Assembly (NCBI GenBank): GCA_951406725.2
Contig: OX597833.1
Coordinates: 67,270,001-67,334,000, forward strand
DNA length: 64,000 nucleotides
Direction: 5' to 3'
Origin: Octopus vulgaris
Taxonomy: Eukaryota
Made by a program: the position numbers and the translations under genes. A model generated the notes under the pieces. It was not told where the DNA came from. It searched no databases and saw only the letters and a program-made list of their open reading frames with translations. This document shows, one piece after another, positions 26,021 through 40,852 of the stretch; position 1 is the first letter of the stretch; each line of letters opens with the position of its first letter.

Positions 26021-26227
26021 ACGTAAAATTCGGGCGCTGTGAGTAGAAAGTTCGGTGACACAAAGAAGTAGAAAGATGTATTTGCAGAAGTAGTAAGATC
26101 CAGTAACAGAATCTGTCTCCATGACTCTATATGATTAGGTATTTACGTGCTTTTCTTTATGCAAACGCCAAGGAAGACGCGTTTCTATTGCTATGCTCAT
26201 TTGGCACTATGCTCATTTGGCAGTTCT

Positions 26228-26555
26228 CGTGTGACAATGACGCTGTTTTTGTCTCCTGTATCAAATAGTACTGTCACCAAAGAAGGCGTAATGTACAGTC
26301 GTGGTATGCGCAACGCCCAGAAGTAGTCACTGACAATGGTCATTGTCAAATCCTGTGAGATACAATGATGGACAAGGTGCACCACACATGATATATAGTT
26401 GATGCTGCGTGCCCTTTTGGTCCATGAATAGCCAAGAAATAAGGCGAAAAGATAGATGGATAGAACCTTCTTTAGAACGAAATTGACCAGCTATGGAAAA
26501 TGAAGAATGTGAAGATAGTGCCAATTATTGTTGGGCCCTTGGGAACAGTATTAGA
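26228..26555 (+). pseudogene. Second decayed R4/Dong-type RLE domain fragment
   Basis: SWYAQRPEVVTDNGHCQIL*D..YIVDAACPFGP*IAKK*GEKID..EIDQLWKMKNVKIVPIIVGPLGTV. Confidence 0.75.
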
Positions 26556-27644
26556 AGAGGAGTAAAGAAGAAATGATTGAAGCAGTGAAAATGAAGGGAA
26601 CCTTAAAAGTGAACGAAACCCTTGATCCAACACAATTTAAGTATAGTCATAATGCCAATATTTGCTTCAACACACTAATTCGCATAATAAAGAATCTGGC
26701 AAACCAGACACAAAACTAAGTAAATACGGACGAAATGCTTCTAAGCATTTTACCCATTAATTTCTTCTGATTTTCATTCCACGCCAACCATGAAACTACC
26801 TTATATAAACTTAATGTAACTATTTCTGAAAACATTCTGCATAACTTTAATAATGCAGAAATATTGCAGAAATATTGCAGAAAGCCCGAAAACTTATACC
26901 GGAAATGGCCAGAGTAAAGAGTAAATAATACTGAAGGAGGTATTATTAATGCCGAATGGCAATCTTTGTATCCTACTCAACGTGGGATGTATTGTTACAA
27001 CAGCTAATACTGCGGTATTCGCTTTGAGAGGTCTTCTGGTATAGTCGCATAGTTGTATAGTGTAATAAAACATCGAACAGCATCAGACGCTGAAGAAAAA
27101 TATCTAGCCGTAGTAGTAAAATTACTAAAAACGTATTTCTGGATGTTTGAGCCTGATCAGTACCAAGTGTCCCCTGGCTCACACAAATTATGCATCTACT
27201 GATATAGAAAATAATCATTAACACTCCGCCGCTGGAGCAATTAACTACTGGCTGGGTCAATTTTCGTAGTTGTTTGTTTGTTTTTATCATTTTCTAAAAG
27301 GTTCTGATTTATTTTTTAATTGTAAAAACCATTTAATACAAAACAACAAACTCTCGACCGACGAAATTATTGATTTTATGTTAATTCAGCTTAATTGTAT
27401 CAACCTCAATTAATTCACAATAAAACTTAATCTGAGATATCTAATTCCCTCCTCCATAATCAATAAAATAAATTCATAAACTATAACATTATTAAACTAA
27501 GTATTAATTATAATAATCATTATGGATAGCAACAGGATCCCTCACCGAATATGGCCTTTCACCTCTTCACTAATAACCAACACTAAAGCCATCACTCAAA
27601 TACACTACTAAACAATTATATTCAGAAGCACAATCGTACAGATA

Positions 27645-28034
27645 GTGGAGGCGCAATGGCCGAGTGATTAGGGCAGCGGACTCGCGGTCATAGGATCGCG
27701 GTTTCGATTCCCAGAGCGGGCGTTGTGAGTGTTTATTGAGCGAAAACAAATAAAGCTCAACGAGGCTCCGGCAGGGGATGGTGGTGATCCCTGCTGTACT
27801 CTTACACCACAACTTTCTCTCACTCTTACTTCCTGTTTCTGTTGTACCTGTATTTCAAAGGGCCGGCCTTATCACTCTCTGTGTCACGCTGAATCTCCTC
27901 GAGAACTACGTTAAGGGTACACGTGTCTGTGGAGTGCTCAGCCACTTACACGTTAATTTCACGAGCAGGCTGTTCCGTTGATTCGGATCAACCGGAACCC
28001 TCGTCGTCGTAACCGACGGAGTGCTTCCTCTTCC
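27645..28034 (+). mobile_element. tRNA-derived SINE (family D) sharing its 3' half with family C, with TSD
   Basis: A box TGGCCGAGTGA, B box GGTTTCGATTCC. From GTTGTACCTGTATTTCAAAGGGCC onward it matches family C. TSD CGTACAGATA at 27635-27644 and 28035-28044. Confidence 0.9.
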
Positions 28035-28242
28035 CGTACAGATAATCTCAAATATATACACACATACACATTCGGCATTTCATTTGTCTTCTTCATCCAT
28101 AATTAGATTAACTTATTTTTTTCTGATTTAAAGACAGGACAACTTAACACAGGAAAATACGTCATAAACGATTTGAACTATGCTTTCATTTTATGCCTCT
28201 GCGGTATTCAGATACCCAACTGGTGAAGGTGCATGGATTTGT

Positions 28243-28590
<348 letters not shown>

Positions 28591-28670
28591 CAGCCGCATA
28601 TCGCTATGTGTATGTATATGTATATATATATATACCTCTGTGTGTTTATAGGAATATGTATACGTATATA

Positions 28671-29061
28671 CTCTTTCACTCTTTTACTCGTTTCAGTCAT
28701 TTGACTGCGGCCATGCTGGAGCACCGCCTTTTAGTCGAACAAATCGACCACGGGACTTATTCTTTGTAAGCCCAGTACTTATTCTATCGGTCTCTTTTGC
28801 CGAACCGCTAAGTGGCGGGGACGTAAACACACCAGCATCGGTTGTCAAGCAATGCTAGGGGGACAAACACAGGCACATAAACATATACACACACACACTT
28901 ATATATATATATATATATACATATATACGACAGGCTTCTTTCAGTTTCCGTCTACCAAATCCACTCACAAGGCTTTGGTCGGCCCGGGGCTATAGCAGAA
29001 GACACTTGCCCAAGATGCCACGCAGTGGGACTGAACTCGGAACCATGTGGTTGGTTAGCAA
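28671..29061 (-). mobile_element. 5'-truncated family A SINE with a 21-bp TSD
   Basis: AGGAATATGTATACGTATATA at 28650-28670 and 29062-29082. Confidence 0.9.
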
Positions 29062-29467
29062 AGGAATATGTATACGTATATATATAATATATATATGTAT
29101 ATATATGTATAAATAAAGAAAACAGAAAATGGAGAAATATTGAACAACAATTGACTTACATTTATTCCTTTCAGGCACTTGACTGCGGCCATGCTAGAGC
29201 ACTGCCAGTAGTCGAACAAATCGATACCAGGACTATTCTTTCTAAGCTTGTACTTATTCTAAGGCACACATACCTACACATCCACACACACGCACCGCAC
29301 GTGCGCAAACACGAGCTCACATACACATACGTACATGTATATATGAATGTGCGCACTTATACATATATCTATCTTTCTATCTATGTAAAGTATCTTTTAT
29401 GTATATGCTCCAGTATGGCCACAGTATCTGATTGAAACCTGTATGAGATAACAACTGCATTATTTAC

Positions 29468-29514
<47 letters not shown>

Positions 29515-29519
29515 GTATG

Positions 29520-29551
<32 letters not shown>

Positions 29552-29675
29552 CGTATATATATGCATATCTATATACATGTATACATACATACACACACAC
29601 ACATATATATATACGTATATATATGTATATATATATATATAATGTATACATTCATATATATATATATATATATAC

Positions 29676-29723
<48 letters not shown>

Positions 29724-30569
29724 TCATACACACACACACACCCACACACACACATATATATATATACATATATGTTTTAAATAGATATGAATATGTGCCC
29801 CTACGTTTGGCTGTGTGTACGTTCGCACGCCTCTGTGTGTTTATAGGTGCGTATATATGACTAAGTATGAACGTATACATTGTGAATTTGTCTACACGCG
29901 TGCATCTATGTATGCGTCGCTCTGAGTGGGCATGCAATATATATTCAATACGAATAGAACGAAGAATAAAGTAGATTTAATTTGAAGTCTATAGACAATG
30001 ATAGACAGTTTTAGATATACAAGTGTACGAAACGGACTCGGTTTTGGCAATGAAGCGTGACAAAGGTCAGTTGGTTTCCGTCTTCATTTAAAATGAATAG
30101 CAAGAGCATTTTCATACTATTAAGTAATGGTTTTCGAGCGCCCGACATAAAATTGTGAATATGTCTAAGTTGATATATCAATGTCTCCAAGGAGTATTAG
30201 CGAAAATTGTAGAAAGAAAGTAAATTGGAAAAATCAAAGAAGAAATCAACAACGAAAAATGAAGGAATTTTTCATGGCTACTCAAAATGGCGGATTATAT
30301 GATTTATAAATTATAATATTTAGAAGTGGAAGTGGGGCGGTAATAGCAAGCGAAGTAAAATAATATCTGTTAAATGGTGTCGACCCTACGGTTGGAAAGG
30401 TTAGCAAATTTTTGTTTGGTTGTAGATGTAATAGTTTTGGAAATGATTGGAAAGGAACCGGAGGTTAAATAATCTTTCGGATATTTGTAAGTTAATTAAA
30501 ACGATTCAATACAGTTATGGGTTTAGCTGTATTTCACTGACAGATTGAAGCCTTACTGGGTATGTCTGT

Positions 30570-30648
<79 letters not shown>

Positions 30649-30680
30649 CCTACCTATCTATCTATCTATCTATCTATCTC

Positions 30681-30721
<41 letters not shown>

Positions 30722-30760
30722 GTATCCATATCTCTCTCTCTATCTATCTATCGATCGATG

Positions 30761-30816
<56 letters not shown>

Positions 30817-31051
30817 AAACATATATATGCATACATGTTTATGCATACATAGATATATATATACATATATATGTGTGTGTGAGTGTGTATATGTGATTAG
30901 AAGTATTTATATACATAGATGCACACAGACAACGCATGCAACTAACTCTCCCTCTCTCCCTTCCTCCCTCCATCCATCCACCCATCTATCCATCCCTCCA
31001 GCAATCCATTCATCTCTCTATCCATTTATACACATACATTCATATACATAT

Positions 31052-31545
31052 AGACAGAGTGCCGTGAATAAACTGTCGCAAAAATTACGCAAATAAACAA
31101 ATTACACTGACATTTCATTTTAACAGATATATTTACCAAAATTACATTAAAATATCTTGAAATACCATAGAGTAAAATTTATTTTTAAAAATCGGGATTG
31201 GCGTTACATAAGGACTCGAGACGACTATGGAATATCCTGCAACTCTTCTGGATGGTCACCTTCTTCAAGTTGGTGAATGCTGCCATAATCCTTGCCTTCA
31301 TTTCATTTTTGGTCTGACAAGGAATTCTGTTGGTCTCTCGCTCAACTGCGCCCTACACGTAAGAACTAAAGGGGGTCTCAGTGTGGCGAGTTACGTGGCC
31401 AGATGTTAGGGGTGATGTGGTCGCAGAAATTGTCTGACAGCCATAACTATTTTCTCACCTTTTTGCGTGACATGGTGCAAAGTCCTGTTCCTGAAGCCAA
31501 CCTCTTGACCCACGGCAGAACTACCTCCTCAAGGAGGTACTAATT
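31052..31545 (-). pseudogene. Decayed Tc1/mariner-superfamily (maT/DD37D-like) transposase C-terminus with terminal region
   Basis: QDFAPCH..WLSDNFCDHITPNIWPRNSP..YV*GAVERETNRIPCQTKNEMKARIMAAFTNLKKVTIQKSCRIFHSRLE. Confidence 0.75.
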
Positions 31546-31699
31546 GATGCCACTATAATGTATATATATACCCATATATAAATAAATAGGTGTACATTTA
31601 TGGGCGTGTACACATAAATCATTAAAGCACTTAAATTTACAAAAGTCACATTCCCAGTTTCTATAACACAAATACGTGCGCACACACGGATACACTCTA

Positions 31700-31824
<125 letters not shown>

Positions 31825-32622
31825 TGTGTGTGTGTGCGTGTGTATATATGTATGTGTGTGTATACGTGTGTATGTGGCAGTGTGTATTTATGTACATATA
31901 TGCCTGCGTTTATACATATCTTTAAATATCTATCTGTCTATCTATTTATCTATCTATCTATCTCTCTGGTTGGCTTACCTACAGCTTCCCATATTTGTAC
32001 ATCACGCTACAAACTTTGATTTTGCTATTTGAAATCATTTTCTAATTACAAAATTATTTTCTCCTGCGATAAACCACTGCATACCTCGGTCACCGTAAAG
32101 TACGATACAATTCGTAGACCTCTGCAGCGATTAGCATTCCGAACTCTATTTACAGTGACGGAAATAAGACATCATCGTCTTTATGAAAAGGAGATCTCAT
32201 TTTATGTATAAACCTAGTGGTATGGGTTTTCCTTTTACGTTATCAAGGAAAGGTTTTTAATATCATTTTACAAAATATCGACAACCAATATGGAAGACAG
32301 ACGATGTGCGGAGGCGACATTCGTACAGGTAGTTATTGATAACAGGTTGCGCTCGTTCAATTATTTTTCCTTTAATTTATATTGCATTTGGTGACAAACA
32401 ACGTTGTTAGATTGAGATGCAATTTGAAACCAGTCAGACGCCGGTTTATGGTAATTCTGGCGTCAGATTAACAAAAATAAGTTGAGCAACTGAACATATA
32501 GCATATATCTCAAGGCACATTGATAATAAAGTGACGTATTTTCAGTTTTTAATGTGATGTCTCAGTCGTTATTGGTATCGAATATTGGTATTGGAGAAAT
32601 GCATATATATGTATATATAAAG

Positions 32623-32707
<85 letters not shown>

Positions 32708-32715
32708 GTATATAT

Positions 32716-33801
32716 ATACTAAGCAATAAAGGGTTTAGCAACGAATTGCCTTACCACAGACCGAATTTAGAAATAGCAGTCAAAGAGTTATAGCTATTTC
32801 TTCTACTAAAAAGGGAGATCTCAGTAAAAAACACAGCAATTGGAAGGCAGACACAAACAGGTAAGAGAGAATGAATTGACGGCAATCTATCATACAATTT
32901 TAAGTTATCTACGGACGCACGTTTCGAAATCAAGTTTTTAGGAAAGCATAAGAATTAAATATTAAATAATTCTACGTTACCCAAACTTCTTTTCTCTTCA
33001 GCGTAGAATACTATAATCATAAGTGATTATATATTGAATTTTGAGATACTAGAAGGCACCAACTCAACTCAGTATCAGAGCGAGCTAGAATCCGCAACTA
33101 GTATCACCAAACTCAAAGTGTGAATGAAAGGATTGTGTCACCAGCCCCTTCCCACCCGCGTGTAGCCAAAACAAGATGCTATGGTCATCTACTGAGATAA
33201 AATATGGTTATCCGTAATAATGAAGGGTGAAATTAATTAATTTGGAATAATTATCAATTACACCAAGTAGTCTTCGGCATGTAAAAGCCTCATTCGAGGA
33301 AAATTTAAGTAATACTAAGCAATAAAGGGTTTAGCAACGAATTGCCTTACCACAGACCGAATTTAGAAATAGCAGTCAAAGAGTTATAGCTATTTCTTCT
33401 ACTAAAAGGGAGATCTCAGTAAAAAACACAGCAATTGAAGGCAGACACAAACAGGTAAGAGAGAATGAATTGACGGCAATCTATCATACAATTTTAAGTT
33501 ATCTACGGACACGTTTCGAAATCAAGTTTTTAAGTTTTAGGAAATTAGAATTATTTAATATTTAATTCTTATGCTTTCCTAAAAACTTGATTTTTAATAT
33601 TTAATTCTATGCTTTCCTAAAACTTGATTTCGAAACGTGCGTCCGTAGATAACTTAAAATTGTATGATAGATTGCCGTCAATTCATTCTCTCTTACCTGT
33701 TTGTGTCTGCCTTCCAATTGCTGTGTTTTTTACTGAGATCTCCTTTTTAGTAGAAGAAATAGCTATAACTCTTTGACTGCTATTTCTAAATTCGGCTACT
33801 T

Positions 33802-33803
<2 letters not shown>
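32716..33803. mobile_element. Non-coding Penelope-like/retrozyme element: 596-bp monomer in partial tandem plus an inverted segment, inside (TA)n
   Basis: The block starting at 32716 repeats directly at 33312-33543. 33546-33795 is an inverted copy with a ~40-bp internal duplication. One complete HHR on the minus strand. Confidence 0.85.
32908..33007 (-). ncRNA. Type I hammerhead ribozyme motif with 69-nt stem II
   Basis: TCTACG-CTGAAGA-GAAA..AAGTTT..AGAATTA/TAATTCT..AAACTT..TTTC-GAAAC-GTGC-GTC-CGTAGA. Perfect 6-bp stem I and canonical core. Confidence 0.85.
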
Positions 33804-33859
<56 letters not shown>

Positions 33860-33863
<4 letters not shown>

Positions 33864-34380
33864 GGAGTTGGACTTTTATAATGGAAACAAATATCTAGTA
33901 TCATAACATCATCATTTTGAAATGTCTATAAAACCGTCAAAAGCTTGTTTATTTTTATGTCTTTTTTATTTATCATTAGTGTTGGTTAATACGTTTTGCT
34001 AAAATTGATATTTCTCTTCAGATATCATCAGAAAAAAGGTAATTGAAATTCATTAAAATGACAGATTTATTGGACTTTCAAAGACGTTAAATTGTTGGTG
34101 CTCGTATGGCAGGCGCTTGCGTAACAAAAACAGCCGAAATGCCTCGTGTATCAAGAAGTACTGTCTCAAAAGTAATGACGGCCTTTGAGAAAGAGGGAAA
34201 AACCTTCAGATAGGGACCTTCAGATGCGAATTGTTAGAAAGGATCACAAAAGTACAGCTCCCCTAAGTTCTGCAGAGCTTAATGACCACCTCGAGAACCC
34301 AGTTTCCACAAGAACCTTTCTCCGGGAGCCTCACAAAGCCGGATTTCACGGGAGGGCTGTAATCAGAAAACAGTTACTTA
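33860..34380 (+). mobile_element. Tc1-like transposon 5' part (left TIR and decayed transposase N-terminus)
   Basis: TA-CAGGAGTTGGAC terminus. From 34058: MTDLLDFQRR*IVGARMAGACVTKTAEMPRVSRSTVSKVMTAFEKEGKT..PVSTRTFLREPHKAGFHGRAVIRKQLL. Confidence 0.85.
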
Positions 34381-35849
34381 AAACAGCCACTGTAAAAATC
34401 ACTGTAAAAATCTCAAAGAAGTCTGTAAAACTTTCCAGAGGTTTATAATTTGAATATGTATGAGTATGTAAGTGTATGCATGAGAATGTATACATAAAAC
34501 ATACAGATCTGTAAATACATGCATACATACAAACATACAGACATACATACATGAACATAAAAATACCCCGATGTTGGTGTTGAAATTCCAGTGAAGGACC
34601 TTAGATCTAGGTTAGAAACCGGTTCTCTCTCTATTGGCAATAAACTGAATAACTGCACCCACACACACGCACACACACACACATATATTATTTATATCTG
34701 AAACATTTGTATGTTTTCAAGCATTATTCGTCTATCTGAGAACCTTTCTCAAGGTCAGTGTTGCAGTGTTGTGGCTTTTTACATGATATCCAAGTTACAT
34801 CACGGATGTAGAAGGCCGTTCGCCACCAGTGCTATTTCCATTTATAATAACGTATTTTTATTCCTCTCACCCTTTCTCATTTTCACGCCAAGGGTTTATT
34901 TGCCACTGTCCATCTCTAAATTTTACTAAACCTCTGGTTATGTTGGATATTTTCATACTGATGATGAGCATGGACACAGAACTCATAATTTCGCCATTCC
35001 CCCACTACTACTGGAAGTGTTTTGCAGAGTATTGTAGATTTATGCCGTATATACATATTAAGCAAGATATACAGGTTGCTATTCCTAACGAACTCTCCTT
35101 CCGTCGCCACTAACAAATACATGTCAGTGTGTGCATGCGCGGACGAGTGTGTTTTGTTGTGTCTGTGTGTGCCTGTGTGTGTAACTTTTCTGTGTGCGTA
35201 TATAACTAAGCATATGTGGCAATTTTGAGATTAAACCTCTACTCAAGTTTGCTTCTTTTCTTTTCAAAGAATTCGGCCAGACTCTCGGTCGTGCACCGAC
35301 GCATTTCCTACAAAACACCAGTGTTCATTGTTAATCATCTCCTGGCTTTCGTTCCATACGTTTAAGTTTTCATCGTGCAGCAAATTTTATCACTTCTCAA
35401 CACGAAAGTATATTCGTGTTTATATGAATAAATATCTGGTTGCATTAGATGTTAGTAATAGCAGCCAAATCTCCCTCATCTCGGTAGTTTTTATACAAGG
35501 TCTGATGCAACGATGTTGGACATACTGAAAAGAATATAGTAGATAATTTAATAACCATAAGTTGGAGACAAAAGAGAAATTTCATAGCCTGGGATTTTGT
35601 GATAAAACTCCTACTGCATAAAAGTTAGACATAGCTTGTTGCTTAGCAACAACAATAATATCAACAGCAATAACAGCAACGAAAACATGAACAAAATGTA
35701 CAACTTTAATTTATCAAAGCTATCGTCATCGACATATCTTGTACATGCGCGTTTCTTTGAGCCTCTGCGAGTATTTTTATGCCATAAAACGCATATTTCA
35801 CTTAATAAATATTTCTGGACGTTCGTATTTAAGAATATAACCGTATATA

Positions 35850-36059
35850 CTCTTTTACATGTTTCAGTCTTTTGATTGTGGCCATGCTGGAGCATCGCCT
35901 TTAGTCGAGCAAATCGAACCTAGGACTTACTCTTTGTAAGCCGAGTACTTATTCTATCGGTTTCTTTTGCCGAACCGCTAAGTGACGGGGACGTAAACAC
36001 ACCAGCATCGGTTGCCAAGCGATGTTGGGAGGACAAACGCAGACACAAAAACACACACA

Positions 36060-36115
<56 letters not shown>

Positions 36116-36273
36116 TACGACGGGCTTCTTTCAGTTTCCGTACCAAATCCACTCACACGGCTTTGGTCGACCCGAGGCTATAGTAGAAGACACTTGCCCA
36201 AGGTGCCATGTAGTGGGACTGAATCCTGAACCATGTGGTTGGTAAACAAGCTACTTACCACACAGCCACTCCT
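35850..36273 (-). mobile_element. Family A SINE
   Basis: Full block-by-block match to the other copies. Confidence 0.88.
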
Positions 36274-36349
36274 ACGGGTTGTAACATATTCTGTCAAAGG
36301 ACAGCAATTTCTATGAAATAGATATGTTAATTGAAGTAAATGCAATGCT

Positions 36350-36830
36350 CGATTGGTACTTTATCGACCCCGATAGGACGAAATGTACGGTCGACCTCAG
36401 TGGAATTTGAACGCAGAACGTAAACACGAATGAAATGGCGATAAACATTTTGCAAAGCTCGCTAACGATTCTAACCGCTGACCGCCTTAATATACACAAA
36501 CAGTAATTATTTTATCGACCCCTTTAGAGATCGATAAAATGACGACTATTTGAGTACTGAAGGCGAACTCTCTTGCATTCCGCCAAAATTTGAAATCAAT
36601 ACAAATAATACCTTTAAAGCAGCAAGCTGGCACAGTGGTGAGCATGCCGGACGATAGTGCTTGGCGGCAATTCGTCCGTCTTCATGTATTGAGTACCAAT
36701 TCCAACGAGGATGATTTGCCTTTCATCCTTTTGGGGTCGATAATAATAAGTACCATTTGAACGATGGGGGTCAATTTAATCGACTTATCTGCTCTCCTGA
36801 TATTCTTGGCCTTGTGCCAAATTTTGCCAC
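36350..36830. mobile_element. Cluster of degenerate family B SINEs in both orientations
   Basis: Minus-strand TTTATCGACCCCGA at ~36360 and ~36510. Plus-strand TTGCCTTTCATCCTTTTGGGGTCGATAA at ~36716. Confidence 0.65.
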
Positions 36831-36834
36831 CACA

Positions 36835-36901
<67 letters not shown>

Positions 36902-37047
36902 TCGTATATTTGTTTGTGCTGGTCACCGTTGAATTTCAATTGTACTAGTTGAGTACATTTATAACTGCCGCATTTTATATGCATATGTATGTACGTATAT
37001 ATGTACATACATACATATATATGTATATATACATATTTATATATGTA

Positions 37048-37087
<40 letters not shown>

Positions 37088-37534
37088 AATGCACATGTGT
37101 GTGCATATATATATGTATGTATTTATATATGTACATATATAGATATATATATATATATATATGTACATATGCACCTATATATATATATATATATATACAT
37201 ACATATATATGTATATATATACATGAGTATGTGTGCGTGTGTTCGCATGTGTGCAATGGTGTGTGTGTGTGTGTGTGTGCGTGCGTACGTGTGTGTGCTT
37301 GTGTGTGCATGTGCGTGTGTCTTTGTGCAATCGCAAACCATTGGCATTACGAATTATGTGCTGCAATCAGCATTTCGTTTGCAAAGCAGAATAATGAACT
37401 GCCGAATTGAATTATAGATAACCCAGAACGTAAGGTGCGTATCAATAAATAATGTACCTGCTTATGCAATTGCTTGCAGCTTGCATGCGGTGAGAACAGT
37501 ACACAGACGTACATAGAGAGAGAGAAACACGGAG

Positions 37535-37578
<44 letters not shown>

Positions 37579-37587
37579 ATATATATA

Positions 37588-37953
37588 GGCGCAGGAGTGG
37601 CTGTGTGGTAAGTAGCTTGCTAACCAACCACACGGTTGCGGGTTCAGTCCCACTGCGTGGCATCTTGGGCAAGTGTCTTCTGCTATAGCCCCGGGCCGAC
37701 CAATGCCTTGTGAGTGGATTTGGTAGACGGAAACTGAAAGAAGCCTGTCGTATATATGTATATATATGTATATGTGTGTGTGTTTGTGTGTCTGTGTTTG
37801 TCCCCCTAGCATTGCTTGACAACCGATGCTGGTGTGTTTAGGTCCCCGTCACTTAGCGGTTCGGCAAAAAGAGACCGATAGAATAAGTACTAAAAGGTGG
37901 TGCTCCAGCATGGCCGCAGTCAAATGACTGAAACAAGTAAAAGAGTAAAAGAG
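37588..37953 (+). mobile_element. Family A SINE with a ~40-bp internal deletion near the tail
   Basis: GAATAAGTACT joins directly to AAAAGGTGGTGCTCC. Confidence 0.88.
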
Positions 37954-37959
37954 TATATA

Positions 37960-38021
<62 letters not shown>

Positions 38022-38796
38022 CCTATATAGACAAAAGGACACACTGACACACACAAATTATAACGGGAGGGATGTCGGAGAGTGTTGAAGCATTTGTCAC
38101 GTTATCTAACATTCAGTATAGCATTGAATGGGTATTTGTATATTAAACACTTCCTGTACTGCGCTTTGTTGCGGTTCCGAAGCAATTATCATGATACACA
38201 ATTTGTATAGCATTGCCTTTCGACCTGTTTAAGCGATTCTGTACTGTACTGCACTGTACTGTACTGCTCTCGTTTGGATCAATTATGTTACCTGCAAGGA
38301 GATTCGAAGTGGGATATATATATATATATGTGTGTGTATGTGTGTGTATGTGTATGTGTGTGTTTGTGTGTGTGTGTCTGTGTGTGTGAGTGTATATATG
38401 TGTGTATGTATATAAATACATATATATAATATGTTATATATATATATATATATATAAGTGTGATGTATGTGTGTATGTACGTATATTTATAGATGTATTT
38501 GCATATAGATACATATATAAATGTATATATATATGTATGTATATGTGTATATATATATGTATATATATATATATTCATAAACATATATGAATATATATGT
38601 AAGTGTGTATATATAGACGCACATACACGTATATATATATATATGCGTAGGTATATACATACATATATATACCATATATATTTATTATATACAACCGTAG
38701 CTGTTAATGCGTTTATCTCTGTCTCTGTCTCACTCCCTCTTTCTATATGAAATATATATATATATATTTATGTATAGGTATGTATATATATATATG

Positions 38797-38882
<86 letters not shown>

Positions 38883-38913
38883 ATTTTTGTATAGGTATGT
38901 ATATATATATATG

Positions 38914-39001
<88 letters not shown>

Positions 39002-39317
39002 CATATGTATATATATATATTCTTATTTGTGATGGATGTATATATAATTATACATACCTATATTTTTGTGTTTGTGTGTCCCTGTATTTGTGTATGTGTC
39101 AGTGTGTGTGTGTGTGTGTGAATGTGTATGATTCTATGCTTGTGAATGTATGTAGAAACGGAGAAGCAGAAGACGCTGCCATTGTTTATGGAAACGGCTG
39201 TCGGCCAAAGGGACCTCGCTATTAACTTCACTAAATAATGACTCACTTCGGATGGAGTAGGTTAAGACATACATCAATATGCTAATACACACGGACCCAC
39301 ATTAACAGTGTCGCACA

Positions 39318-39361
<44 letters not shown>

Positions 39362-39438
39362 TACTCACATATATACACACCCGCCTTTCTCACTCTCTTG
39401 CTATCTCATCCATATTTTCATAACCCCCTCACATAAAT

Positions 39439-39519
<81 letters not shown>

Positions 39520-39667
39520 CATAGATGTATAAATATTGGTACATATATGTATGCATGCATATGAATTTATATATTTATATATATATATATATATTTGTAC
39601 ATAATCTATATATGTATATATATATACATATGTATAAATATATATATATATATATATATACAAACAC

Positions 39668-39764
<97 letters not shown>

Positions 39765-40067
39765 CTTGAAGATATAAACATATATGTATGTATGTATTAA
39801 AGGTATACTTACTCCACTAATAACGAACCGAATTCCAGGAAACATCAAAACAAGACAATGCCTTTCTTGTATAGAATTAGATTCTACTCCATTTAAATAT
39901 GCAGGAATTCATATTGAATTCCTGATAAGCTATAAGATGTATTACGATGCTGTCAAATATAATGAGCAACGGATGTACAAAGTTATGGTTACGTATATTG
40001 CAACTGTAGAATAAAATTCGAGTACAAACTAAGGGATATTTATCAAGGTACATAAATACATTAATGC

Positions 40068-40143
<76 letters not shown>

Positions 40144-40336
40144 ATATATATATATAAATTACTAACTTGCCTCTTTGTCTTCCTATTCTGTGTACATTAA
40201 CACACGCTCATACTCGTCTATATAAATATTCTCAGAGGAACATATGCTTCTGTAAGTACTTGTATCGCAACCTCTCTATGTAAACACATATTTGCTTACC
40301 CATATCTTGCCTTCATGGGTGCGTATCTCTCTCTGT

Positions 40337-40380
<44 letters not shown>

Positions 40381-40639
40381 GGAGAGAGAGAGAGAGAGAG
40401 AGTGGTTATGAGAGGTAATGTTGTGATAGAGACCCAAAGGTGTCAGTTAATGCTGAATAAGTGCTATAGATGGATCGCATTTAAGTTCCAGGTTCGGTGA
40501 TTATACGAATAAGGTGTCCAACGTTCATATGTCAGCGTGTGGATGTAAAAATTTTATTTTGTAATGAGATAAAAAAAAAACCAAGACTGATGATGGGGGA
40601 GAAACAGAGACACAAACATATTTTCTATGTTCTACTTGG

Positions 40640-40792
40640 CCTTTCTGTTTATTTTCTCTTATTCCTTTCTGTCGAAGAGCGTCGGCTCGAAACGTAAAAG
40701 ACCTTCTCACTTCCAGAGCGTTAAACTAATACATCTGTTTGTTGTGTACACACCCGTCTTCCTCCTTTGTTTTTTTTTCAAATTATCACTAT
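40640..40792 (+). mobile_element. Short element with a variant minimal hammerhead motif (same family as 16130)
   Basis: CCTTT-CTGTCGA-A-GAGC GTCG GCTC-GAAAC-GTA-AAAGA (40664-40701). Confidence 0.65.
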
Positions 40793-40852
40793 ATATGTGT
40801 GTGTGCGTGTGTATGTATGTGTGTGTGTGTGTGTGTGTGTGTGCATGTATAC

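Noticed and set aside
40585-40612. CTGATGA-TGGGGGA-GAAAC hammerhead candidate (similar weak cases at ~5150-5185, ~34958, ~39168 and ~48522)
   Set aside because: Stem II, stem I or the GAAA element cannot be formed convincingly.
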